Positions 26,695-37,429 are shown, counted from the stretch's first letter. The stretch: 44,644 bases of DNA from an uncultured bacterium (GCA_903864515.1 CAIPFZ010000027.1:1-44644), one strand, 5' to 3'. Numbers and translations are program-made. The notes: generated from the sequence alone by a model not told the origin.

Positions 26695-27960
26695 ATGGAA
26701 ACAAGTACTAAATGGGACACAATCATTGTTGGAGGAGGACCAGCTGGAATGATTTCAGCAGGAAAGGCAGCAGAGAATGGTGCCCGCGTTCTTCTAATTG
26801 AGAAAAATGAAACTCTTGGTAAAAAGTTATTAATCACTGGTGGAGGGAGATGTAATGTCACAAATTCTGAATTTGATGTAAGAAAATTTTTAGAGAGATT
26901 TAAAGATGATGGTAAATTTCTTTTCTCTGCTTTTTCACAACATAGTGTAAAAGACTCCTTAGATTTCTTTCACAAAAGAGGAATGGAAACTAAGGTGGAA
27001 AATGAATTACGTACCTTCCCTGTCTCTGATAGATCACAATCCGTCTTAGATGTTCTCTTGGACTACATGAGAGAAGGTGGAGTTGAAATACTTTCCAATT
27101 CTCCAGTTGTTGGAATTGCAATGGAAGAAAATAAAGTGATTGGTGTTATTCTAAAAAATAAGAAGGTTTTACATGCAGACAATGTGATAATAGCAACGGG
27201 TGGAGCATCTCTTCCAGAAACTGGTTCAACAGGAGACGGCTTTGCGTGGCTTAATAACATTGGCCACACAATAATTCCCCCTACCCCATCCCTTGTACCT
27301 GTTGCCATAAAAGATAAATGGATAGAAAGTCTTGCTGGCATTAGCTTAACTGATATAAAAATTTCAATATTTCAAAATGATAAGAAACAATTATCCAAAA
27401 AAGGAAAGATTCTCTTCACTCATGTTGGATTAAGTGGACCAACAATATTAAACATGAGTAAGGACATTGGTGATTTATTGAAGTATGGGCCAGTCATTGT
27501 CAGTCTTGATATTCTACCATCGGAAGACAATGGAACACTAAACACAAAACTGCAAGAATTATTTAAAGAGCATGATAAAAAGAAATTTAGAAATGCTATC
27601 GCAAATATTGTTCCGGCAAAACTCGCTCCAATAATTGTAGACCTATCATTAATTGATCCTGAAAAGGAATGCAATAGCATCACACGTGAAGAGCGAATTA
27701 AATTAATCAATCTTCTTAAGGGTATTCCCATGCAAGTAGATAAATTGCTTGGAGTAGACAAGGCAATAATCACAAGCGGAGGAGTATCACTTGATGAAGT
27801 TGATTTTAAGACAATGTCCTCTCGTCTATTTCCTAATCTATATCTAGTTGGTGATATTTTAAACATAGATCGCCCTTCTGGTGGATTCAGTCTTCAACTC
27901 TGCTGGACAACTGGAATTGTTGCTGGAGATTCTTCTACGAAATCCTTGAAAAAATCTTAA
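26695..27960 (+). CDS. HI0933/BaiN/YhiN-family flavoprotein
   Basis: GGGPAG, GKKLLITGGGRCNVTN, ATGG..TGSTGDG, LFTHVGLSGP, GGFSLQ. Confidence 0.93.
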   Translation: METSTKWDTIIVGGGPAGMISAGKAAENGARVLLIEKNETLGKKLLITGGGRCNVTNSEFDVRKFLERFKDDGKFLFSAFSQHSVKDSLDFFHKRGMETKVENELRTFPVSDRSQSVLDVLLDYMREGGVEILSNSPVVGIAMEENKVIGVILKNKKVLHADNVIIATGGASLPETGSTGDGFAWLNNIGHTIIPPTPSLVPVAIKDKWIESLAGISLTDIKISIFQNDKKQLSKKGKILFTHVGLSGPTILNMSKDIGDLLKYGPVIVSLDILPSEDNGTLNTKLQELFKEHDKKKFRNAIANIVPAKLAPIIVDLSLIDPEKECNSITREERIKLINLLKGIPMQVDKLLGVDKAIITSGGVSLDEVDFKTMSSRLFPNLYLVGDILNIDRPSGGFSLQLCWTTGIVAGDSSTKSLKKS

Positions 27961-28990
27961 ATATTGGAGATATAATATAATCAAACCACTTCATTTTGTA
28001 TGACTTTGCATCAAAGAGTACAGAGTCTCTTTTCCATCCATTTGTAATATTTGCAATTCTATTTATTGCCACCCTATCGTTAAAGAAAATACCAATTTCT
28101 GAATTCAATTCAAAAGACAAAAAATCAAGATTATTAGATCCAACAATTGCTTCCTTAAAATCAATCATCATAATCTTTGCATGATTCATTTGAGGTCCAA
28201 GAAAGAAATCAACCCCCAGCCTTGATAGTTTATTCATATAAAAATAGTTTACTCTATCAACAAAATGATGATCTGCTGTCTCTGGTACTAATATATGAAT
28301 ATTAACACCCCTTAGGTGTGCTTGGTGCAACAGACCCATAAACCAACGCCTTGGCATAAAATATGGCGTGACAAGAGTTATGTTTTCCTTTGCCATAGAT
28401 ATGTGTGTTGTGTAAATCTTTCTTAATCTATAATTATTCTTAACTGGAGAATGTTCAATGAGCCAATCTTTAACTCTTCTCTTCTCCTTTTTGTTTTTAT
28501 GTACCTTATTTTTCTTTATACTCTTTAAAACTATTTCAGGATCCTTCCCTCCGCATTCAATATAAGTCTTTGCAAATGATCTGATTATTGAATGAACCAA
28601 TTTCCCTCTAACCCTCACAACCAAGTCATTCCACAAGGATGAACTTTGATGAAAATTAACACCACCAATAAAGGCAATCTTACCATCAATAGCTAATATT
28701 TTACGATGAGTTCTGTGTAAGAAATAACTCAAGAACAACAGCTCAGCACCTGATTCCCTTATATCGGAAATAGCTTTTTTACTTAATCCAAAACTTCCAA
28801 AGGAATCCAATATAATTTTAACCTTAATACCTGACATTGCCTTTTCCTTTAATAAAGTTAAAAAATCAAATTCAACCATGTCATCTTGAAAAATATAAAC
28901 CTCCAAATAAATAGACTCCCTTGCAGAGGAAATAGCCTCAAACATTGCCTGCCAAGTTTTTTGTGAATTAGCAAAGAATTTATAAATCAT
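27935..28990 (-). CDS. cls: cardiolipin synthase-like phospholipase D family protein
   Basis: two HKD motifs HRKILAID and HAKIMMID; TPYF; GSNNLD. Confidence 0.88.
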   Translation of the reverse strand: MIYKFFANSQKTWQAMFEAISSARESIYLEVYIFQDDMVEFDFLTLLKEKAMSGIKVKIILDSFGSFGLSKKAISDIRESGAELLFLSYFLHRTHRKILAIDGKIAFIGGVNFHQSSSLWNDLVVRVRGKLVHSIIRSFAKTYIECGGKDPEIVLKSIKKNKVHKNKKEKRRVKDWLIEHSPVKNNYRLRKIYTTHISMAKENITLVTPYFMPRRWFMGLLHQAHLRGVNIHILVPETADHHFVDRVNYFYMNKLSRLGVDFFLGPQMNHAKIMMIDFKEAIVGSNNLDFLSFELNSEIGIFFNDRVAINRIANITNGWKRDSVLFDAKSYKMKWFDYIISPIFKIFSRIS

Positions 28991-29059
28991 ATGGTTATTA
29001 CCTCTCTATTATACACCAAATTATGCATATATAGTACGAGATGTTACAATGGGATTACT

Positions 29060-29461
29060 ATGAAAAAAGGATATAAACAAAATATTGAGAAAGAGACTTT
29101 AGCGAATACAAATTTCAGAAAGGTACTCTACACCGGAGAGCATATGCAACTGGTTCTTATGTCTCTTAAGCCAAATGAGGATATAGGATCAGAAATTCAC
29201 ACTGAGAATGATCAATTTTTTAGATTTGAAAAAGGTAACGGAAAAGTAATAATCGGAGAGGCAGAATATGAAGTTGAAGACGGTGACGCTGTTGTTGTAC
29301 CATCAGGCACGCAACATAACATTATAAACACATCTTTTACTGAAGATTTGAAGATGTATACAATCTACTCCCCTGCACATCACAAAGACGGAATAATAAG
29401 AGAAACAAAAGAAGAGGCTGAGAAAGATTCTCCTGAATTTGATGGGATATTAACTGAATAA
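29060..29461 (+). CDS. cupin domain protein
   Basis: FRKVLYTG.HMQLVLM, E.H..DQF, VPSGTQHNIIN. Confidence 0.88.
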   Translation: MKKGYKQNIEKETLANTNFRKVLYTGEHMQLVLMSLKPNEDIGSEIHTENDQFFRFEKGNGKVIIGEAEYEVEDGDAVVVPSGTQHNIINTSFTEDLKMYTIYSPAHHKDGIIRETKEEAEKDSPEFDGILTE

Positions 29462-29471
29462 AACCTCCAGT

Positions 29472-30659
29472 ATGACCAGTAGCAAGCCGGTGTATTTTGA
29501 AAATCTTGATGGTCTACGTTTCTTTGCGTTCCTTGCAGTGTTTATTTCTCACGCTTCACTTTTTTTAGGATATAACAATGAATCAAATCTCTGGCTCGGT
29601 ATAAAAAAATATATATTAATCAATGGAGATGTTGGCGTATCCTTTTTCTTTGTATTATCTGGATTTTTGATAACCTATCTATTATTTAGAGAAAAGGATA
29701 ATCATGGAAAGATATCTCTGAAGAATTTCTATTTACGAAGAATATTAAGAATTTGGCCAGTGTACTTTATAACGCTAATTGTTGGATTTTTTATATTGCC
29801 GATCGTAGCAAAGCTACTACTTGAGAATGGTTCATTCATATTTTCATTAACACCAACATTCTCCATACTACCTTATTATCTATTTTTCCTAGCAAACTTC
29901 AATCTTGCATTTTACGGTGGAGGAAGCGTTCCCGTGGATGTTTTATGGTCAATATCAGTTGAAGAACAATTCTATTTGATTTGGCCATGGGTAATTGCAT
30001 TTCTTCCAAGAAAACATCTTTTGAAATTTCTAGGTAGCATAGTTCTAGTATCATGTATTTACAGATATACCTATGCACTTTCACCTAATGTAATAGCCTA
30101 TTCAACTTTTTCTGTTATGTCAGATTTAGCGATAGGTTCAATGCTCGCCTTCTTTGTCTACACTAAAAATTATACAGCAGGTAAGATACGCGGTGCTATT
30201 CTATCCATTCCAAAAAAAGGAATTGCAATAATTTATGCAGTCATGTTTCTTTTAATATTTGGAAGGCATCTAATTACAGACCTACTGATTCAAAACAACT
30301 CAATTGGTCATTCAATTTTTTACAATTTATTTGTTGCAATTTTACCACTGATTCTTGCTCTTCTTTTTGCTTTTGTAATTTTTGAACAAAATGAATCTTC
30401 AAAATCCCTCTTTAAGATTGGTAGATCAAAGACAACCACGCTCTTGGGTAAGATATCATATGGACTATACTCATATCACATGTTTGCATTTGTTATTGTA
30501 TTGCTAACAATATCATCTCTGGGATTTAGTCTAGAATACACATCATTCTTTCAATGGTTAATTATATCTCTCTTGTCTCTGATTTCTGTATTAATCCTAG
30601 CTTTTATTTCCTATTACGGCATAGAAAAATGGTTCTTAAAGATGAAACCGAAGGATTAG
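29472..30659 (+). CDS. acyltransferase family 3 (OafA/YrhL-like) membrane protein
   Basis: LDGLRFFA, FFVLSGFLIT, FYLRRILRIWP, WSISVEEQFY. Confidence 0.92.
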   Translation: MTSSKPVYFENLDGLRFFAFLAVFISHASLFLGYNNESNLWLGIKKYILINGDVGVSFFFVLSGFLITYLLFREKDNHGKISLKNFYLRRILRIWPVYFITLIVGFFILPIVAKLLLENGSFIFSLTPTFSILPYYLFFLANFNLAFYGGGSVPVDVLWSISVEEQFYLIWPWVIAFLPRKHLLKFLGSIVLVSCIYRYTYALSPNVIAYSTFSVMSDLAIGSMLAFFVYTKNYTAGKIRGAILSIPKKGIAIIYAVMFLLIFGRHLITDLLIQNNSIGHSIFYNLFVAILPLILALLFAFVIFEQNESSKSLFKIGRSKTTTLLGKISYGLYSYHMFAFVIVLLTISSLGFSLEYTSFFQWLIISLLSLISVLILAFISYYGIEKWFLKMKPKD

Positions 30660-30741
30660 TCGCGACTCTATCTTTTTTCATAACTCGTGGTATTATTACA
30701 AACGGTCTTAGACCAGAAACCCACAAAGAAAGGAGTTCTTT

Positions 30742-31143
30742 ATGCCAAATAGAATGCCGGAATTTGATCATCGTGGATACACGATGGAGCAAGTCATTGA
30801 AGCCCTGACCTGCCCCGTAAACAGACACGCAACGAGAGTTAAGCATAGTTGCACTGATTACGATCTATTTAAAAATCCACAATGGCTTCTAGACAACTAT
30901 ATCGAAAATGGCGGAGCTGAAGGTTTCGCCAAGAGAAGAGAGGAGTACAAGAGTCTATGCGAATACGTGGAGACATGTTGGTTCGGAGAAGTTTGTGAGC
31001 TTGCTCTTGCTCGTTCAAGATATAGTATGTGTCCAATCAGGTACATAAGTAACAAATACGGTCGATTCATTTGTGGCCGTTGCTGTGCTAAAAAAGCACT
31101 ATTGTTGGCAGAAAAAGCCAAATCACCAGAGGATCAAAAATAA
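30742..31143 (+). CDS. Cys-rich hypothetical protein
   Basis: 133 aa, nine Cys, AAGGAG upstream, own terminator. Confidence 0.65.
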   Translation: MPNRMPEFDHRGYTMEQVIEALTCPVNRHATRVKHSCTDYDLFKNPQWLLDNYIENGGAEGFAKRREEYKSLCEYVETCWFGEVCELALARSRYSMCPIRYISNKYGRFICGRCCAKKALLLAEKAKSPEDQK

Positions 31144-31152
31144 ACAATCTTG

Positions 31153-31180
31153 TGCCGCCCTATCGGGCGGCATGTTTTTT
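31153..31180 (+). terminator. intrinsic terminator
   Basis: tgccgccc-tatc-gggcggca then T-tract. Confidence 0.8.
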
Positions 31181-31207
31181 AATTAATGTTATAATATTAT
31201 CAATACA

Positions 31208-31891
31208 ATGAGAGTCTCAATAATCATACCTGCATATAATGAAGAACCAAACATAAAAGATACTCTTCAGTCTGTCTTGAAACAAAACTATGCAGATTTT
31301 GAAGTTATTGTAGTAGATAATAATAGTACTGATAAAACAGCTGAAATTGCAAAGAGTATGGGGGTTACAGTTTTACATGAAAGTAGAAAAGGAACTCAAT
31401 GGGCCAGAGAGTGCGGGAGAAAAATTGCAACAGGAGAAATTATAGCAAACCTAGATGCGGACTGCCTACCTGAACCTCTATGGCTCAAGAGTGGAGTTAA
31501 ACACTTTACCAACAAGAAAGTTATCGCTGTTGGTGGGCCTTATGATTATTACGATGGAAGATGGTCATTCAGAATTTTTTCCTTAATTTTTCAGAAGACT
31601 ATTTATCGCCTATTTAATTTCTTAATGCAAAAATCTAACAAAGGTGCAGTTCTTATTGGAGGAAACGTTTTCTTAAGAGCAGAAACACTTGAAAAAATTG
31701 GCGGGTATAATACTGACATAGTATTCTATGGCGATGATACTGATACAGCAAAAAGAATGTCAAAGGAAGGTTTGGTGATATTTGATACAAAATTAATTGT
31801 AAAAACCTCAGCAAGAAGACTTAAGTCCCATGGGTCATTTAAAATATCTGTTATCTATATTTATCACTTTTTCAAGACTATCTTTTCTTAA
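31208..31891 (+). CDS. glycosyltransferase family 2
   Basis: SIIIPAYNEE, VVDNNSTD, LDAD, SARR. Confidence 0.92.
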   Translation: MRVSIIIPAYNEEPNIKDTLQSVLKQNYADFEVIVVDNNSTDKTAEIAKSMGVTVLHESRKGTQWARECGRKIATGEIIANLDADCLPEPLWLKSGVKHFTNKKVIAVGGPYDYYDGRWSFRIFSLIFQKTIYRLFNFLMQKSNKGAVLIGGNVFLRAETLEKIGGYNTDIVFYGDDTDTAKRMSKEGLVIFDTKLIVKTSARRLKSHGSFKISVIYIYHFFKTIFS

Positions 31892-31960
31892 TACCTAACC
31901 CTGATTATCGGTAGAATTTCTAAATTTTAATATAACAATAAAGCATGTTAATATTTAAAT

Positions 31961-32422
31961 ATGTCTAAAATACAAAAGATGCCATATGCAGAATTTAAGG
32001 ATATTTACAGTAAGGTTCCAAAACTATCAGTTGAAGTCATAGTATTTAAGGAAGGTAAAATACTACTAACAAGAAGAGCTATTACGCCTGGGATTGGAGA
32101 ATGGCACACACCAGGAGGAACTGTTCTAAAGGGAGAAAAATTGAATCAAACAGTCAAGAGGGTTGCAAAGGAAGAACTTGGACTATCTGTTGATATTGTA
32201 AAGTTTTTGGGAATAATTGAATATGATAAATTCATTAATAAATATGAACAAGGAATAAGCCTGGCTTTTCTTGTTTCCCCAAAAGATAAAGGTAAAATTA
32301 CCCTAGATAGACAGTCAGATAAATATGAATATTTTCAAGAACTACCTAAAAATACAATTCGTAAGCAAAGAGACTTCTGCGTTGAAGTTTTAAGCATGAA
32401 AGTGTCAGAGAAGAAAGTTTAA
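31961..32422 (+). CDS. NUDIX hydrolase
   Basis: PGGTVLKGE...KRVAKEELG Nudix box. Confidence 0.88.
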   Translation: MSKIQKMPYAEFKDIYSKVPKLSVEVIVFKEGKILLTRRAITPGIGEWHTPGGTVLKGEKLNQTVKRVAKEELGLSVDIVKFLGIIEYDKFINKYEQGISLAFLVSPKDKGKITLDRQSDKYEYFQELPKNTIRKQRDFCVEVLSMKVSEKKV

Positions 32423-32475
32423 AGATAATTGATTGAAATAATAATCAAACTTTTGTTTTAATTCTATAAAAATAC

Positions 32476-33051
32476 ATGATTTACTTACTCCTTAAGAAAA
32501 TAATAAAAATTACAATATCTTTATTTATCATCATCTTTGCACTGACTGTAATAATTATTGTAACTGACGGCTTAATTGATAATGTAAAGAAAAGCGATGT
32601 AATAGTAATATTAGGAAACAAAGTTGAATTAGATGGATCTCCTTCACCTAGGCTCAAAAGCAGACTTGATAAGGGTCTTGAACTCTATAAAAAGAATCTC
32701 GCACCACTTGTCATAGTAAGTGGTGGAACTGGAGTGGAAGGATACGATGAAGCCTTGACTATGAAAAACTATTTGATTAATCAAGGAATACCTTCAGAAA
32801 ATATAATACAAGACAGCGCCGGCATAGACAGTTTTAATACTGCAAGAAACGCAAAAAAGATAATTAGTGAAATGAAATTATCCTCCGCACTAGTTGTCAG
32901 TAATTATTATCACATATCAAGAACAAGGCTAGCGTTTAACAAACTTGGTGTAGAGAAAGTTTATTCAGCACATGCGGATTATTTTGAGACTAGAGACTTT
33001 TATTCTATCGCAAGAGAAGTTGCTGGATACTATTATCATCTTATCAGATAG
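32476..33051 (+). CDS. YdcF/DUF218 (ElyC/SanA-like) protein
   Basis: DVIVILG, IVSGG..EA..M, VSNYYHISR, RE. Confidence 0.88.
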   Translation: MIYLLLKKIIKITISLFIIIFALTVIIIVTDGLIDNVKKSDVIVILGNKVELDGSPSPRLKSRLDKGLELYKKNLAPLVIVSGGTGVEGYDEALTMKNYLINQGIPSENIIQDSAGIDSFNTARNAKKIISEMKLSSALVVSNYYHISRTRLAFNKLGVEKVYSAHADYFETRDFYSIAREVAGYYYHLIR

Positions 33052-33123
33052 TTTTCATTTGAATGATATGAATTATAATATTACCAGGCAGAACACTAAT
33101 TACATGCTCCCGATAAGACATTA

Positions 33124-33639
33124 CTACTCGCACTTAATTTCTTGAAAGAAAATCATCTTAGGTGCCCCTACTCTGTCTGGTGTTAAAACTCCATCCTTAT
33201 CAGACAACAACCAATGCATCTTAACTAAGGTATCATTTTGAAATTTATAGACCTCCAATTCCTTCCCCTTTGAGCCCTCAACAATATAGGAATAAGTAAG
33301 CTCTAAATCTTCACCTTTTATAAATCCGGCTAAGTCACCGGTATACCCATTTGTCATATCAGGTCCATTCTGAGTTCCATTTTTAGATCCCACAACTCCG
33401 CCATCCTTAATATTTAGAACAACCTTCTCTTCCACTCTGTATGGCTCTTTTGCTGTAGCTAACTGTAAACGATGAAAACAATATTTTCCATTTTCTTTTA
33501 CAAACTCCTTAGGTTCAACAACCTTTTTTGCCTCTGTTGTTACCTTCACCCCTGAAGATGAGTCATTTTTGATATATAAAATACTCACAATAACAAGTAT
33601 TGCGATTCCAATCATTATCATTACCCTCTTCATATTCAT
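33124..33639 (-). CDS. hypothetical membrane-anchored protein
   Basis: N-terminal TM; extended -10 6 nt before ATG. Confidence 0.75.
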   Translation of the reverse strand: MNMKRVMIMIGIAILVIVSILYIKNDSSSGVKVTTEAKKVVEPKEFVKENGKYCFHRLQLATAKEPYRVEEKVVLNIKDGGVVGSKNGTQNGPDMTNGYTGDLAGFIKGEDLELTYSYIVEGSKGKELEVYKFQNDTLVKMHWLLSDKDGVLTPDRVGAPKMIFFQEIKCE

Positions 33640-33684
33640 ATCTATATCATATCACAAATTTAAGTATTCATTTTGACAGATACT

Positions 33685-33909
33685 CTATTCCTCCATATAT
33701 CTTCGGCTATTTTGTTCAATTAAATTCTTTGCATTATCAGCTTGATTAATCATCTCTCTTCCCTCTTCAATTGTATTTTTCCCATCTTTTTTATCCTTGA
33801 ATAAATCAGATCTCATTATTATAAAAGAAATGATCGCAACACCAATTAAAAGTGACACTAATCCAATGTAGCCATTATTAAATTTATTTTTTCTCAGGTT
33901 TTCCTTCAT
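33685..33909 (-). CDS. small protein with type IV pilin-like N-terminus
   Basis: basic leader, NG|YIGL then hydrophobic helix; lacks Glu5. Confidence 0.55.
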   Translation of the reverse strand: MKENLRKNKFNNGYIGLVSLLIGVAIISFIIMRSDLFKDKKDGKNTIEEGREMINQADNAKNLIEQNSRRYMEE

Positions 33910-34240
33910 GTTTTTTGTCTTTATATTTAGCTAATATTCTGCCCGATACAAGATTGAACGATTTTGTAACATCCACATCAAGTTGATTAGCAAGTCTACA
34001 TAAACCAAAAAATAAATCACCTATTCCATCTTCAAATGAATCCTTATCTGCCTTTATCACAGATTTCATTTCAGATGAATTCTTGTATCTAAGTAATTTG
34101 GACATTTCAATCAATTCTTCATGAAGGTGATCAAATTTATCAATATTTGGTTCATCGGACCATTTATTGTCTTTAGCAAAACTCCTGACTAAGTCCTGGG
34201 CTTCTGATATCTTTATTATCTTTTTAGATGTTTGTCTCAT
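33884..34240 (-). CDS. MazG-like nucleotide pyrophosphohydrolase
   Basis: HLHEELIEM...DGIGDLFF..LANQLDVD. Confidence 0.8.
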   Translation of the reverse strand: MRQTSKKIIKISEAQDLVRSFAKDNKWSDEPNIDKFDHLHEELIEMSKLLRYKNSSEMKSVIKADKDSFEDGIGDLFFGLCRLANQLDVDVTKSFNLVSGRILAKYKDKKHEGKPEKK

Positions 34241-34342
34241 ATCATAAATTATAACATATCTGACCAAGTTAAAAACCAGACGTTAAATCGCCCATTGAAT
34301 TAGCCGCGGTATTCAAAAAGTAAAAGTAAAAGTGACTCAACA

Positions 34343-34900
34343 CTAAACTCCAAGTGACCCTAGAGCCTCTAGAACCTCTGGGAACTCAATATAACCATCA
34401 TCGCTAGTTAAATGACCACCCCTATGAATTATCACAAATTTTCCACCCAAATTCTTATGTAAATGTCTACCTGTTTCATTTAATACATATTTATCATTAT
34501 CAGAATGTATCATCACAACCCTATCTGAAATTATTTTCTTGATTTTTATAAAATCAACATCGCTTTGACAAAATCCATCCGGATATGAATAACCAACAGG
34601 TAATGCAAATGAAGCAACGAGAACAATACCACCCACCCTAGTATCCTCTGGTAGACCTTCAAGATATCTAAGTATGCTTATTCCACCAAGGCTGTGTCCA
34701 ACAAAAAAAGTATCTTCATCAACATCCTTAATATTTTCATTGAGATAATCAATCCAAACATTTTGAATTGGATGTTTTGAATCTGGCATGGTCAAGTCCA
34801 ACACTTTAACACCTCGTACCTCCAATTCCGATTTAAGCCAAGGAAACCAATTTGATGTTGGATTGCCGGCCCAACCGTGAACAATAATTACTCTTTTCAT
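34343..34900 (-). CDS. RBBP9/YdeN-family alpha/beta hydrolase
   Basis: IVHGW..NWFPWL, GHSLGG, HSDND, GGH. Confidence 0.92.
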   Translation of the reverse strand: MKRVIIVHGWAGNPTSNWFPWLKSELEVRGVKVLDLTMPDSKHPIQNVWIDYLNENIKDVDEDTFFVGHSLGGISILRYLEGLPEDTRVGGIVLVASFALPVGYSYPDGFCQSDVDFIKIKKIISDRVVMIHSDNDKYVLNETGRHLHKNLGGKFVIIHRGGHLTSDDGYIEFPEVLEALGSLGV

Positions 34901-34902
34901 AT

Positions 34903-35169
34903 CTACTTAATATTATTTAGATTTTTATACAGAGTACCTGTAAACAAAAGAGCGATAATTCCAATTATCATCAAAAGAGATGGGTATCTTTGAAATACCT
35001 CTATTTTTTCTATCCATATATTAAATCCTCCTAAAATTGCAGCAAAACTGAAAACCGACAAGAAAGAGAATAGTAATGGATAACGTCTCAATACAGGCTG
35101 GGTATATTTACCAGCACCGTCGTTTACTCCTCTAACTATATCTTCAGCTTTTTTAATTGGATCTTTCAT
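34903..35169 (-). CDS. small membrane protein
   Basis: 88 aa, two TMs, ends TGTLYKNL; abuts hydrolase start. Confidence 0.7.
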   Translation of the reverse strand: MKDPIKKAEDIVRGVNDGAGKYTQPVLRRYPLLFSFLSVFSFAAILGGFNIWIEKIEVFQRYPSLLMIIGIIALLFTGTLYKNLNNIK

Positions 35170-35212
35170 TAATTATTTGTTTAAATTTTCGCCACTATAT
35201 TATTTTACTAAC

Positions 35213-35380
35213 TTATTGTGGCAAGAATGTACTAATTAGTACACCTATAAAATACGGCCACAGAATTATTGCCAATACCCCTTTCCAAAAAGATAACTTA
35301 AGAAAGCCGATCGTAAAAAGCCAACCTATCATCCAAACACCTCCCAAGAAACTGTTTTGTTCTACTTTTACTATACTCAT
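35213..35380 (-). CDS. 55-aa membrane protein absent from the ORF track
   Basis: manual translation MSIVKVEQNSFLGGVWMIGWLFTIGFLKLSFWKGVLAIILWPYFIGVLISTFLPQ; TATAAT upstream. Confidence 0.75.
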   Translation of the reverse strand: MSIVKVEQNSFLGGVWMIGWLFTIGFLKLSFWKGVLAIILWPYFIGVLISTFLPQ

Positions 35381-35502
35381 GATTTTATATTATAGTTGTT
35401 AATTTATACATTGCACCCAGCAACGTTTTACCCATTATAACAGATTTGAATGGTCATTAAAACAGTTATTCAAAAGATAATTGAATGTGCTACAATATAA
35501 AT

Positions 35503-35913
35503 ATGTCAGACTATATATCAAGAGTTAAAGCCCTTAATCTACCCGAAGATGAATTCTTTGTTTGTGGAAGTGCAATTATGGACGTACTTGGAATACGCAA
35601 AGCAGCGGACATAGATATACTAGTTTCCCCTCGCCTGTATGAAAAACTTGAAAGAGAAGACGGCTGGAAAAAGCACCCCAAATACAATATCCTTCAAGAT
35701 AAAGATAAAATATGTGGAGCAAAAGTTACGCTAGACTTCATGAAAGAGAATTATGCCCTTGAAGACGTCTTGCCTCTCGCTACTTTCATAGAAGGTGTAC
35801 CATTCATGAGTTTAGAAATGTTAATAAATGCAAAAGAACAAATGGGCAGAGATAAGGATTTTGCAGATATTAAGTTGATAGAGGAATATTTGGATAAAAA
35901 TAGGATAAACTAA
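35503..35913 (+). CDS. nucleotidyltransferase-fold hypothetical protein
   Basis: GS...GIR..DID motif; GRDKD..DI. Confidence 0.7.
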   Translation: MSDYISRVKALNLPEDEFFVCGSAIMDVLGIRKAADIDILVSPRLYEKLEREDGWKKHPKYNILQDKDKICGAKVTLDFMKENYALEDVLPLATFIEGVPFMSLEMLINAKEQMGRDKDFADIKLIEEYLDKNRIN

Positions 35914-35978
35914 TACTTAATGTGTATTTTAATATTCAAAAGAACTACAATTACTAGTAGTTATTGAATGAATTAATT

Positions 35979-36425
35979 CTATATCACCGCCTCCCTTATA
36001 ATACCTATAGTCTTAAGATACAGAAGCGTTGAATCTGATAGATATTTAATATTTTTAATTTCATCAATAGATAGGAATTTCTGCTGTTTATGTTTTTCTG
36101 GCTCATTATTTTTAACCTCTCCTGTGTATTTTAGAACTTTGAACAAATGCAGAAGTACTTCAACATCTACCCCGTCTCTATTATAGGAATAATTATTAGC
36201 TTCAATTTCCTCTGCAGATTCAATAATAATTCCACACTCCTCCAATACTTCCTGCTTTAAGCCGTCCTCTATACTCTGTTGAGGCAAGACCTTCCCCACT
36301 GGAATAGTCCAGAATCCATATTTAACATGCTCTTGCATTAACACCTCCCCCTCTTCATTGGTTATAATAGCAGCAATTCCGTGATGATTAGATATATCCT
36401 CTTGATTGTATTTAACTTTATTCAT
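35979..36425 (-). CDS. NUDIX hydrolase
   Basis: WTIPVGK...QEVLEECG, NNEPEKH. Confidence 0.82.
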   Translation of the reverse strand: MNKVKYNQEDISNHHGIAAIITNEEGEVLMQEHVKYGFWTIPVGKVLPQQSIEDGLKQEVLEECGIIIESAEEIEANNYSYNRDGVDVEVLLHLFKVLKYTGEVKNNEPEKHKQQKFLSIDEIKNIKYLSDSTLLYLKTIGIIREAVI

Positions 36426-36584
36426 TATCTGTAAATAGTATCATTAATTTCTGAATACAATCAATGTCAAAAAAATGGCAATCTTAAGATGGTCGCCTTT
36501 AGATGGCATTAATTATAACATTTGTGATATCATATATATTGACATACTTAGAGTATTATAATTACTAAATAATATAAAAATAAA

Positions 36585-36794
36585 ATGACATTTAAAATTT
36601 CAAAAAATGAAGGTAACATGGACAGATTAATTCGCGTGCTTATTGCCATAGCACTCGCTCTATTTGCATACTTTTGGCTTGGTGGAATATGGCAGATTGT
36701 ATTCTATATAATTAGTGGTATCAGTCTTTTCACGGCAATAACAGGTTTTTGTACACTGTACAAAATACTTGGAATAAATACATGTAGAATTTAG
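36585..36794 (+). CDS. DUF2892 (YgaP-like) membrane protein
   Basis: KNEG..DR.IR...TAITGFC.LY..LGINTC. Confidence 0.88.
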   Translation: MTFKISKNEGNMDRLIRVLIAIALALFAYFWLGGIWQIVFYIISGISLFTAITGFCTLYKILGINTCRI

Positions 36795-36962
36795 TATTTG
36801 TCATATCGTACTAACAGATAGCATGGGGTGAAATTCCTTTTGTTAAAGTATACATCAAAACAGGACGATGAAAGAAAAAGGAGTGTTGTGTTGTATTAGA
36901 GGTAGGAAGGCTGAAATCAATTAAATCAATCTTTCTTTATCAATCTATACAACACAATCATC

Positions 36963-37346
36963 ATGAAAAATACAACATTAAGAATAGGAATTTTAGCTCT
37001 CATTTTGGGAATAACAGCCATTTCCGTAGAATCAGCCTTTGCATACAAAGGAGATCCTGCTACAAAGGGTCCAAATTATTCAGTGGAGCGCCACACAGCA
37101 ATGTTAAAGGCTTTTGAAAATAAAGACTACACTGCTTGGAAGAATCTTATGCAAAGCAAAGGTAAGGTAACTCAAGTAATTACTGAAGCAAATTTTCCAA
37201 AGTTTGTAGAGGCCCACAATCTTGCATTGCAAGGTAAGACTGTGGAAGCACAAAAGATACGCCAAGAACTTGGACTGGGCTTAAAAAATGGGACAGGTAG
37301 ACATGGAGGCGGCATGGGAATGAATAAAAATCCAAAAAACAAGTAA
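36963..37346 (+). CDS. secreted hypothetical protein
   Basis: signal peptide ending AFA; DY.AWK; Gly-rich tail. Confidence 0.75.
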   Translation: MKNTTLRIGILALILGITAISVESAFAYKGDPATKGPNYSVERHTAMLKAFENKDYTAWKNLMQSKGKVTQVITEANFPKFVEAHNLALQGKTVEAQKIRQELGLGLKNGTGRHGGGMGMNKNPKNK

Positions 37347-37429
37347 TATTTTCAATTAATACTCCCTGAATCAAACTCCGACATTTGCCGGAGTTTGATG
37401 TATAATTCCAATATGACATCAATATAGAT

